DNA of 64,000 nt from Ruditapes philippinarum. Taxonomy: Eukaryota. The stretch covers positions 186,001 to 250,000 of the forward strand of contig NW_026853905.1 in NCBI RefSeq assembly GCF_026571515.1. Reading direction: 5' to 3'. The notes beneath the pieces were generated by a model, which worked only from the letters and a program-made list of their open reading frames with translations, was not told the DNA's origin and ran no database searches. The translations under genes and the position numbers were made by a program. This document shows, one piece after another, positions 1-11,471 of this stretch. The first letter of the stretch is position 1. Every line of letters starts with the position of its first letter.

Positions 1-983
1 AAAACTTCTTGCAATTCAGTCAAATATGTTTCACGTTCGTTTTGGAAGGAAAACAGTTGCTTCAGCTATCAGAGCACGCTAACTTTGACTTCTAAATTTA
101 TTATTTTCTACGGATTTCGCGATTTATATAAACCTGTGCAGAACTTTTGTAGAGGGCAATCCAGTGACGCCAGTGGTCAAATATCTAAGAATGAGATGTA
201 CATTTTTTTCTGCTTCAGAAAATCTTGCATTATAGACGCCTTACCCAAATGACCCTTCTTTATACTGATGGTCCTTTTTGCAATACATGGTATTTTGACA
301 GACTTTGTTGCCCAAATCTTGGCTCATAAAATGAACCCGTGTTTCGACATGATGACATTTGCTAAATACTGCATTTTAATTTGCATTCTGTTTAAATAAC
401 AACTAAGCGCATTGTACGCTCATTTGTTAGCAAATCTAGCACAGATGTTTCTAATTTAAAATCACGTTTGAGAATGGTATCAGCTGCTCCTAATGAGATT
501 CCAACGATACAAGCTACATGCCTAGTTGTGTATCTTGCATTTGTTCCACTTTGTCTTTACACCCTATGTCAAGAAAACAACGATTTTTAATATAAGGTCG
601 TTTTTCAATGGCATTACAAACTATTTTGTACATGTGTATACGAGTAGACAATGTATAAAAACACAGCTAATGTGAAAGGTTTTAAATGAACGAGTTATCT
701 AAAAATGTTTTTTAAAGTCTGCTTAAGGCCCCAACAGACGGTAGGATTTAATTGTACAACATTAATTAGAGATATGATGTACAATTTTCAAAGCAATACA
801 ACACTTGCATTCAGACCGTAACTCTGCATAGTAGAAATTATCAGGTTTCCCTAACAAACAGTTCCCTCCCAATTGATCCCTTACATAATTTACTCACTAA
901 AAATATTATTTCTCCATGAGTAATGATAGAAACATCTCCATTTTTTTAAAGTCTTTAATTGTCAAAGGGCGAGATTAATGTGC

Positions 984-1047
984 AGCCTGACCGAAACTCG
1001 AACCTGGGACCCTTGGAATACCGTACTGTGACTCTACTGACTGAGCC
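984..1047 (-). mobile_element. tRNA-like SINE head remnant
   Basis: Reverse complement gctcagtcagtagag...cccaggttcgagtttcggtcaggc has A-box and B-box but does not fold as a full cloverleaf. Confidence 0.45.
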
Positions 1048-2273
1048 TTTTACAAACTACCTCCCCTGATTAGTGAACAGTTCAATACGAGTAATTTGGG
1101 ATTCGAACATACCACAACTTTGGGTCTCCTGAAGCGTTTATCAACATCATTTTGACTCCATCTTACTACTATGTTTACAGGTTAGCCCTAATTGTTCTGG
1201 AATTTCATTCATTAAACACATTATCAGGGGATAATTGGGAAATATGTCACCTGTCATCGTGGGAGGTCTATACAACAAGTATTAAGAGATAGAACATGTC
1301 CTATCCTGTAAATCTAGTATTAAGTTGTATGAATTCAAGAAATAGTAGCCTTCACACATTAAGATTTGCTTGTACATCTTAGTTTTAATTGGTGTTGTAC
1401 CTCAAAATCCTACCCTCTGTTGAGGCCTTTAATATGTCGAACGGCCACTTTTTGACCAAAGGATCTTGACTTATACCAATATAGTAGAAGTCCACTAATC
1501 AATTCAACACGACAAATGTCTAAACTGTAGAACATGTTCTTTATAAAAGCAAGATTTACATGTTTCATATATATGTTAGCTAAGTAACACAGAGTAGAAC
1601 AAATTCCAACAACATGGCGAGATAATGATTTATCTAATTTTTAAAGGACTTCAAGGTGTTGTTACATACCAAATATATTTACATATTTATATTTACTAAA
1701 AATATTCCTTCCTAAATGGTTAAAGAGATACTGTTTAAAGAAATAATGGATTAGATAGATGATGTATTGTTCAATCTAGCACAAAGGTTTACTTGTGAGC
1801 TGGACTTAAAAGAAGTTTTAGAAACACAATATGAAATCTTGGATATTTTAATTGCATTTGTATCAAAATATATACATATATAAAATATCTTTCTTTCAAA
1901 AATCAAGTGAGCATTAAAGGCATTCAAATAAATTCCTTTCCTGACATGAACAAGCTTCAGTTATATTGGTATCTTTTCTGCAATAAATGGTGCTTTTCTA
2001 CTTTTTTTTATTTAAATCCTTAGCACATGTGTGTCAAATAGACAAGACAAACTGGCTACACAGGAAGGATTTTGATGATTACTCCTTGATCGCAGACTCC
2101 CCTTGTTTCCCAAACAGGGAGTATGTAAAACTGATAAAGTATGGCTATATTGGCCCAATAAAAGGCTTTAACACTGTATACCATGACTGGAACTGCCAGT
2201 CAAAGAAAGGTGTCAGTGTTTCGTTTATTTATATTTAGTTGACTTATGATTAAATATAAAACTATTACAATTC

Positions 2274-4217
2274 AAACAAGACCTGTGGATAGGACAGCAT
2301 GCTCAGCTATTCTCTGTGCTTGGTAGTAAAATAAGTGCCTGGATAATGTAAGAATTAGAATCAACAAGAGGAAGATTTCATTTACAAAAATACAAACAAT
2401 GTACATGACATTCATTCCAGAAATACAAAAAATGTACATGACTTAGTTATGAGTCTTGGATTTTGACCATAGACTTTTGTTAAGTTCACAAAGGGCCTTA
2501 TTTTATTCAAAATCCTTACCAGAGATATGAGTCTTAGAAAATGACCTTGAATTGTAATTCAAAAAGCATGAATCAAGTTTCAAGTGAATACAATCACAAG
2601 CTTTATGACAGATAAAATGTTGCAAGCAAAACATTAACCAAGAATTTATCTAAATTCACAAAACAATAAACCAGTCAAAATCCATGTCAGAGTTATGGGC
2701 TTGGACACTGTCAATTATGAACCCAAAGACCTGTAAATGAAGTTTCAAGTGAATACCTTCAATAGATATGAAGACTGATGTTGCATAGAAAACTTTAACC
2801 AAGAATTTCTTAATAAAAAGGGCTACAAAAATCCATGTTAGAGCTAAGTGTCTTGAAATAAACCTACAATTATGATCCCACAGACATGCATTTACTTTCA
2901 AGAGAATACTTTCAGTACATGGAGTTTTAAAGATTGGTGTTGCACAAAAACAAGATTTCATTTGTGGGAAAATGCTATGCCATCGCATTAATACAACACT
3001 AAATAGAAGCAGAAGTAGATTGTTTTTGTTTCTACACAATTGAACTTCGCCATTATACAGTAGTGTCTAGTGAATTTAGGGGTCAGGGTAATATTTCACT
3101 ATGTCAAATAACAGACAATGTGCAGATGCTTTTAACGTTCACATACAAAGGCCATATAGTATAATTGACTCAAAACAAAATTATTCTTACTAGATAAAAA
3201 TTTAGGTATTTACTGTATTACATAAGTTTAAACTTTGGAATACAGATATATATATAAGTTAATTGTCTTACATACTATCTTTTCAAATAAGCATTATTTC
3301 TGAAAACATAAAAAACAATTATGCTTTAAAATCATCATTATATACATGGTGTGAATCATAATGTCCTTACAATGTGCTAAAATCATTTCATCAATATCCC
3401 TGCAAAGCTTGCTAGAGGTCATGACCTCAAACCTTTGAAAAGCAAAAATCTCTTGCTAGAGGACAACAACTTTAGACAAACTCCCAGCTATTGAATCTTT
3501 TTTTAGAAAAATTGCATCACATGATTGCACACATTTCTGAAAGACATTCCATCATGAGTTATTTCCTTTTCACTATTTAACTATTATTTCAAGAAAATCA
3601 AAGGCCTGGGGCAGGGCTAATTTTGACCCTAAAGCTATAATTTGAATAATTTTAATAGAGGTTCACTAGACAATGTTTCATGCCTAATATCTAAGCTCTA
3701 GCCCTTGTAGTTTTGAAGAAATAGATTTTTAAGAATTTTACCTTATACATATAATGACCAGGTCGGGCTAATTTTGACCCTTGGGCTATAATATGAACAA
3801 TCTTGGTAGAGGTTCACAAGACAATGCCTTGTGCAAAATATCTAAGCTATAGGCCTTGTGGGTCTTTACAAGAAGATTTTTTAATTGTTTTCTTTTAATT
3901 CCTCTTGGTTGCGATTGCAACCAGCTTTCTGCATAGAATCAATTTTTTTTCTTTGAACAACTTTGGAAGCCCTTCATCCAAGAAACAATCCTGCTAAGTT
4001 TGGTTGTAATAAGACTAACTAGTATTTAGGAGAAGATTTTTTAATTTCACTTTATAATCTATATACATGTAATTTCACATACACACACATAGGTGAATGG
4101 CTATATGCCACTGCAATCAAAACTTCAACCAAAGTGTTACACTGACATCAAGACAAACACCAATGCATAGGTAAGTATGATAGTCGTATCATTTATTGAA
4201 AAGTCAAGCAAAAAAAA
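2274..4217 (-). mobile_element. Old degraded HINE-like sequence, probably with a second repeat family nested at ~3400-4040
   Basis: Minus-strand 3' end agaatagctgagcatgctgtcctatccacaggtcttgtt at ~2274-2313; 5'-end-like ttttgcttgacttttc at ~4200-4217; decayed units with aagtttcaagtgaata and ttaaccaagaatt; two copies of gggctaattttgaccc...tagaggttcac at ~3615 and ~3765. Confidence 0.5.
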
Positions 4218-4796
4218 GCAATTTTTGTTTGATCGCATAATGCAAAATGGGATCAAGTCACTTCACAGAAAAGTCTAACATCTTTTAATGATCAAAGTTT
4301 GTTTTTTTGTGTTTTTTTTGTTGCAAGTTTGCTTCACTTTCCAAAATAGCATTGATAACAAGGCACAGGTATTGATACATTGATACCATCAATATCAGAT
4401 GGTCACAAACTACACTAAATAACAAAATCGTAGGTGAGCTAACTTTAAATAGGCAGATATAGGTCTGTGATATTCATTTGTCAATACTTGTTTACACAGC
4501 TTAACTGCATAACTGAAAAACGATTAATGAGATCTCTTCATTTGTTAAACAAGTGATTTTTCATTAATTAATTAATTGATAATAAATAATTTGATGAAAT
4601 TAATTGATATCAGCATAAAAACACTTTAATTGCTAGTTAACTGACACCATTTTATAATTTGCTTTGTAATAAATGTTGCTTTTGGAATGCTGTCACAACT
4701 TACAATTCTTGGCATTCATTTGTACAAACAGTGTTCAAATTACATTAAGAAATGCTGTTGTTAGCAAAATGCTGTCATAATAAACCTATAATCAGG

Positions 4797-5390
4797 AATT
4801 GCTGTCAGACTAATCATAAACTAATATGTTAATGTCAAACAAATCATGAACTTATATGTTGCTGTCAGACTCATCATGAACTTATGTGTTGCTGTCAGAT
4901 TTATCATGAAATAATATGTTGCTGTCACAGTCAGACTCGTTGTGAACAAATTTGTTTCTATCAGTTTTATCATGAACTAACATGTTGCTGTCAGACTCAT
5001 CATGAACTAAAATGTTGCTGTCAGACTCATCATGAACTAATATGTTGCTGTCAGACTCATTGTGAACTAATATGTTTCTATCAGTTTTATCATGAACTAA
5101 CATGTTGCTGTCATACTCATCATGAACTAATATGTTGCTGTCAGACTTATCACGAACTAATATGTTGCTGTCAGACTTATCATGAACTAATATGTTGCTG
5201 TCAGTCTTATCATGAACTAATATGTTGCTGTCAGTCTTATCATGAAATAATATGTTGCTGTCAGACTTATAATGAACTAATATGTTGCTGTCAGTCTTAT
5301 CATGAACTAATATGTTGCTGTCAGTCTTATCATGAAATAATATGTTGCTGTCAGACTTATCACAAGATAATATGTTGCTGTCAGGCTGAT
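4797..5390. repeat. 30-bp minisatellite (~19 units) immediately 3' of CCDC97
   Basis: Unit catgaactaatatgttgctgtcagac(t/c)(c/t)at is repeated in phase, with one 6-bp insertion near 4927. Degenerate copies continue to ~5700. Confidence 0.95.
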
Positions 5391-5682
5391 AATATTTATA
5401 AGAATAAACCCATCATCAAAACTTACAGCTATCATTAAAAGTTGCAGTCAGGCTGATCATGAACTCTTGTTGTTATAGGAATAAATCTATTACCACAAAT
5501 TGCTGTCATCATCAAAAATTACCAACAGACTAATCATAAAACTATTCTGTTGCTGCTGATAATGAACTACATGTAATATGTCGTTTTAAGAATAAATCAA
5601 TTATCAAAACTTGCAGGCATCATGAAAGTTGCTGATGATCATAATATATAATGTTGCGATGAAAATACACCTATATTTATTT

Positions 5683-8535
5683 TCACGAGTTACTGTCAGA
5701 ATTTATACTCTCTGGATCTTCATCATCAAAATATTTTTCTTCAGCATCAGCATTTAAAACTTTCAGATCATCATATGTATCATTAGTGTCCACTTTACTG
5801 AAACAAATAAATGAAAAATACATGTACATCATATGAAGTCAACAGCATGCCTAAGCACTCAATAATCTGTTTTAAATGAATCCTATCTCAATATGATCTT
5901 GTTGTGTTATCTTATTCATTAGAAGTCAACTTGTCACCCTTGTAGTAAACTGCTAGTGTAAAATAGGTAAAATTGTTTGATATCATCAGTTCAAATTAAA
6001 TAATTTAAACTACAAACTATTACCAGAAATTATCAGAAATTTTACTACATTTGTAGCTGGCATGTATTGTATATCTATTTGTTTATCAAGGCAATGGTAC
6101 AGTATATTAAGAGCAGATGCTAATTAAACATACCTGTAATCAAAGGTTTTATCTTCACCTTGTAAGAATTTTTCCTGCATAATGGTAAGGAATTCTGCTT
6201 TTAACTCTCTCTTCTGTTGTTCAGGAATTTTAGGTTTTTCTTCATCATCATCGTCATCATCATCATTAAAATCCCCAGTTTCTAAAATAAAGCAATACAA
6301 TAAATCAATCAAATCCGTTTTATGGATTCATCAGCTAATGGGTTGAGAATACAAAAATGTAAATTCATATTTCATGCATATATATCTGTATATACCTATA
6401 ATATATAATAAATGACACTAAGCTAACAGAGCTTCTGTTAATAAACTGGAGATAAGACATTGAAATAATGTTTATTATAAATTTTTATCCCATTTAATTA
6501 ATAGATTTTATGTATATATAGACAAGTAACTGTAAGTTTCTTAGACTAAACTAACAACTTTTTTATAGGAATATTTTCAAATATCATTAGAATATTTTAA
6601 AATATTTCCCTAAAATTATTTGAGGAATATGCTGGTCCAAGATCACTCACATGAGAACTATAACATTAGAATGTCACAAGTTTGTTAATGTCTTTTGTCA
6701 GCCTATGGATCATATTCAAGGTTATCCATGTTCAAATGTTCAAAGTGGAACATTTACCCCCAAAATAGTCTTAACAATTATTTACAGTAAGACATGTTGA
6801 AGTACAAAATTAGGCAATGCTCAGTATCATTCCTCAAAAAAAAAAACTTGATTTAAACTGGAAGTCATTGTATATGTTGATCAACAAGCCATGGTCATAT
6901 TCACTTTATTTTACATATACATGTAAAGCAATTGTTCTTGATTTCAAATTTTATGAGTGTAGCTTAAAATTCTTGACATAGACATTTTTTGCATTATTTG
7001 TTGTTTTTATAATACTAAAGGACTGGGAGAGGTAAAGTGATTACAATAGCTGAACCTTGGACACATTGTTCCCTAGAAAGCTTTAAAATATACCATTTTT
7101 AGAAATTGTATTGGTTTCAAGCTCCATTTCCTGTTCTTCATCGCTATCCTCTTCTTCCTCTTCCTCTTGACCTTCCTGACAAATATATGGTCAAAAACTT
7201 CATATGTTTTGAACAAGTTTGATAAAAGGTCTATCATATGAACTAATATAACATTTCCATATATTGAAATTAGACAAACACATTCTAAGTTAAAGTTAAA
7301 AGATAAACATTTTACTTTAGATTGCAAGGGAAACCACAATCTGCATGAAAAATTATTTTTTGAAAATCCATAAAATAAACAAAATGGTATACAAGCTGTC
7401 AGATGTTTAAAGAAAGATGTGTGCAGCTGAATGGGCTAAGTTGTTAGACTTATTGTAAAATTCTGACTAGCATAAAAGAAGGATGCTATGCTAATGGCAT
7501 GCATAAATTAATAATATATTTCAAATAATGTTCTTGCAATACCAAAGTAGAGATCGTCTTGACAGTATTATCATTAAAAATGTTAACAGTATTTTCATCA
7601 AGGCCATAAACATTCTAACAAATTTATCCATTAACATTTGGGCTACACTGATGGATGAAGACCCAATAGTAAAGATGCCTTTTCATTTCATACACAAGTG
7701 ACCTGATAAAAAAAAATATGATTATACATGTACATGTATATGCAATTAGATTTATTTTGAAAATACACTTTAAACATTAATTTTGCTATAACTTGCATAC
7801 CTCTTTATCTTTAGACTGACCAAATCGTACATTTTCATCTAACTGATCTATGTGCTTCAGTAAAATAGATGAAAATGTCAGGTCTGTTTTATCAACTTGC
7901 CCTTGAATTTCTTTTTGTGTGAGGTATTGTCCAACCATTTGCTCATATAAATATGGTTCTCTAAATTTCATTTCTTCATCACTGAAGTACTCTCCTTTTG
8001 ATATCAACTCCTTCATTGCTTCATACCTTCGGTTTTTCACTATATTCTTTTGAAAACTTTTGTTTTTATTTTTCATAACTTGTTTCATATAGAAATCTAT
8101 TTCATAAACATCTTTTGAATCCATAAAATATTCCAAATCTTCAAGTTCTAAATGATTCCAAAACTTTGAAAGAAATGTCACTTTGTTAGAATCAAGAATA
8201 TTTTGTGCAATTTCAATTTTTTCTTCAAGATTTAAATCAGGTTCTCCGCGTTGCTGATGTTTAAAGTGAGCATCAGAAAGTGCCACTCGAGCTAACATCT
8301 TAGTTCTCACGTAAGATAAATCTGGCATGTTGATTGAACTGGAAGGTTGATTTGCAATGTCAGTTTGCTGTGAGCTTTTATCAGGAATGCCGGAATCTAA
8401 GGCCAAATCTGGTTGGTTATAATGTTCTGTTTGATCCATTTCTTCCGAGATATCATTCAGAACATCTCTATTCTTGCTATCTTTTTCAGAAGATTCCGTC
8501 AATACTCTTTCATTCTGAAAACGTGCTTCAGCCAT
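5683..8535 (-). CDS. CCDC97: Coiled-coil domain-containing protein 97 (DUF2052 family), 4 coding exons, ~359 aa
   Basis: Exons 8535-7801, 7175-7094, 6281-6134, 5797-5683, all GT-AG with consistent phases (1080 nt). Motifs NRRYEAMKELISKGEYFSDEEMKFREPYLYEQMVGQY, EFLTIMQEKFLQGEDKTFDYSKVD and DAEEKYFDDED match the CCDC97 family. The ATG is preceded by an acceptor-like ttttacag at ~8541, implying an unlocated upstream non-coding exon. Confidence 0.92.
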
Positions 8536-8596
8536 TCTCTCTGTAAAAAGTGTGTACTGTTTAAAAAAAACAACAGGAAAACAAGGTTTATTTCAA

Positions 8597-9546
8597 GGAA
8601 GTGGCTAGCCGTACATGACTCACGTACAGCTAGCCAAAAGTTCTAGCCGTACGTGAGTCACGTACGACTAGCAAGGACACACTGTATTGGCTAGCCGTAC
8701 GGCATTTTCAAAATTATATGGAGTGTCCGAGTTTAAATGTAAGTTATTTAAGATTGTATGTAAGTAGAAGAAGAATGTTAACAATTTTCTAAATGCATGA
8801 TGTGTAAAGAGTAGCAAAATAGCTTGTATTGTTACAGAACTGGACATTGTGGTTGTTCCACAGTGTGTCCTAGTAAAGCTCCATAGCGTTACGGCGACTA
8901 TGTGACCTTTTCGTAGTAATGGTATATAGGAAAAAAATTATTTTTTTTTTCAAATTTTTTTTCTTACATTCAACCCAAAATAGTTGTTTTGATGTTTTTT
9001 TTTGTTTTTTGTTTTTTTTAACTTCAATTTTTTTTTTATATGGGCACCAAGACTGGACTAGCACCTGTGGCTTGACCGGCATAAACTATCACAAGCCTGT
9101 AACGTCTAATATATTGGACTATGATAAAGGCTAATTAATTGATTACATGCTTTTACATGTATGTTCGATATTTATCTACTGTATTTGAAAATTATACAAT
9201 TATTTTTGCTTTTCACCGTTTTTTTCTTCAATGTTCTTTTTATTTATTCCACTCTGATCATTATTTATTCGATCCATGTGCTTAATTAACAAAAATTCAT
9301 CTTTCAAAAAAATAAAACAACAAATCATAATCATGAGGCACAAAATAACTTCCTGCCTTTAACACTCGTAAGAGGGGTTGGCAGTATCCAGAGATAGATA
9401 GATAACATATGCATGTTCGACTTCCATATAATTTTGAAAAGTGCCGTACGGCTAGACAATACAGTGAGTCCTGGCTAGTCGTACGTGACTCACGTACGAC
9501 TAGAACTTTTGGCTAGCCGTACGGGTCCGCACGGCCAGCCACTTCC
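8597..9546. mobile_element. Non-autonomous Mutator-like (MULE) element, ~125-bp TIRs, 9-bp TSD
   Basis: TIRs ggaagtggctagccgtac...caaaattatatgga and tccatataattttg...gcacggccagccacttcc. Perfect TSD TTATTTCAA at 8588-8596 and 9547-9555. Confidence 0.9.
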
Positions 9547-9789
9547 TTATTTCAACCAAAGGAAACATTTCTTTACAAGTGATCGTGAAAATAGGTGAAA
9601 CTACAGAAAAAAGAATAATACAGTAAATCTCGACAAGTATCAGTCTGTGCCTAAGATGCAAACAATTTAAATTAACATATTGCAACATGAAATCATCTTT
9701 CAACACCGTGACAACATTAAATTAGACGAATATCAGTAACTTTTTGTCTTTATTTACTATTTTTATGAAATGGCATCGTCGTAAAATAA

Positions 9790-9890
9790 TATCCAATGAA
9801 ATTGAGCTTTACAAATATGGTTGACCAATGAAAAGTTGCGTTTCATCTGAAAACCCAACCGGTGTTTACTTCCGGTTCAGATGTGTCAAA
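9790..9890. promoter_or_regulatory. Candidate core of the CCDC97/WDR92 bidirectional promoter
   Basis: CCAAT boxes at 9793 and 9825 and an ETS/GABP-type ACTTCCGG at 9868-9875, in the main non-transposon segment between the two divergent genes. Confidence 0.55.
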
Positions 9891-9891
9891 G

Positions 9892-11369
9892 GAAACAGGA
9901 CGTTTCGGCCCCAAACCAAATCGGCCCCAGTCGAAAAATCGGCCCCTGGACGTTTCGGCCCTTTTCCGCGAGACGTTTCGGCCCCACTATAGTATATTGC
10001 TTGTTGATTAACAAAATACAATTAAACAATTTTGACACTTTAATTCTTTAAATAATTATTTATTATCTTTTGATCTCTTGAACCATTTAGATGTACGTTA
10101 ATGTTTTTAAAGGTGTAACAAACAATAAAGGCAGGTTACTTAATTTAAAACTATTTATAATGTAGCTAAATTTATATACTATGCGAATCTAAGTCGCGAC
10201 GCGTAAATAAAAGTTCATACAGCATGTTCAATCTATAATTAGTTTAACTCACGATTTTTTCCCGTATTTAGTTGGTTTACTACTAGATAGAAGTATTTTA
10301 AGTATTTACACGCGCACGAGAATCTCATTTTACGCGCGGGAGGTATAAACAGAAACCTTGTGTAGCTGATTCAATTTATATTTAAATGACCAGTCTTTTT
10401 CTTGTAGTTTATATTTAAATGATCAGTCTTTTTTCTTGTATCAAAAGTAAAATATTATCAATTAAGTATTAATCATAATTGATAATCATGTACTCTTCTG
10501 TAAACCATGTTCTCTTTGTATATTATACTCTGTATGCTAAAAACAATGTAAAATGTTTAATGTTGAATAAACTATTATTGTATTGTATTGTATAATTTAT
10601 AAAACTAACCACTAAAACTTCTGGATTAAGAATGTTAATTACAATTATTACTTAGAAAACATTATCTTTTGATCTTAATTAAACTATACGTACTTTTTTC
10701 AAGGTGTAACTAATTAACTGTTTATAGCTTTATGCTAATTGGCGGTAAGTAATATCAGAGAAAACTTCAAAAGATATGAAAAAAACTGTTTGCTATAATC
10801 TCATGATAATATTTTTAATTATTATTGCTATTAGATAATGATAGATCAAGTAAAGTTGTTTAATTGTAAAATTGCAAAAAAGTTATTTATAAAAAACAGT
10901 GTCTAATTACATTTGTTTCGTTGCAAGTAAAATTGTTTAACTGTACGTTCTGTACTTGTATTTTCGTACCCATCAAACTCGTCACCGTTCAATAGTTGTT
11001 GATGATAATTTAATGGCTCTCTCATGTGTTGTTTTGTGTCTTGCTTCTTAATCTTTCAAATAAAATATAACTATATATGTTGTAAATAATTGTTTGTTTG
11101 TGTATTATATTTTTTCAAATAAAGTTTATGTTCTGTTCTGTTTGTATTGATTACATTTCCCCTACTACTATTATTATCTAGTTTTTATACAAAATGATTA
11201 AATATATATATTAATTGATTCATTTAATCATTGAAATGCTATAAATATATCGGTTTAAAATACAGTACATATTCTGGGGCCGATTTGGTAAAGGGCCGAA
11301 ACGTCCGGGGCCGAAACGTCTTGGGTAGTTTGGGGCCGATACGTCTTGGGGCCGAAACGTCTCGAAATC
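9892..11369. mobile_element. Non-autonomous foldback/Mutator-like DNA transposon with subterminal repeat arrays
   Basis: Left end has repeated gacgtttcggcccc; right end has the inverse ggggccgaaacgtc. Direct repeat GTGTCAAAG at 9883-9891 and 11370-11378 (8-9 bp TSD). Interior is AT-rich with no ORF. Confidence 0.88.
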
Positions 11370-11471
11370 GTGTCAAAGCTTGTTGTAGTTAGGGAAGCGA
11401 TTTTTCTAGAATATTGAAGTATTTCGACCAGTTAACACTTCAGAGTTTGTAGTTTCATTGAACACACAAAT

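Noticed and set aside
7073-7339. 88-aa ORF with a KRKRKKR basic tract
   Set aside because: Wrong frame of the acidic CCDC97 exon 2 (EGQEEEEEEDSDEE).
8413-9706. ORFs 8413-8646, 8870-9082, 8919-9134 and 9500-9706 (two end in TASQKF)
   Set aside because: The shared ending comes from reading into the two TIRs of the MULE; the others are poly-T/A low-complexity frames.
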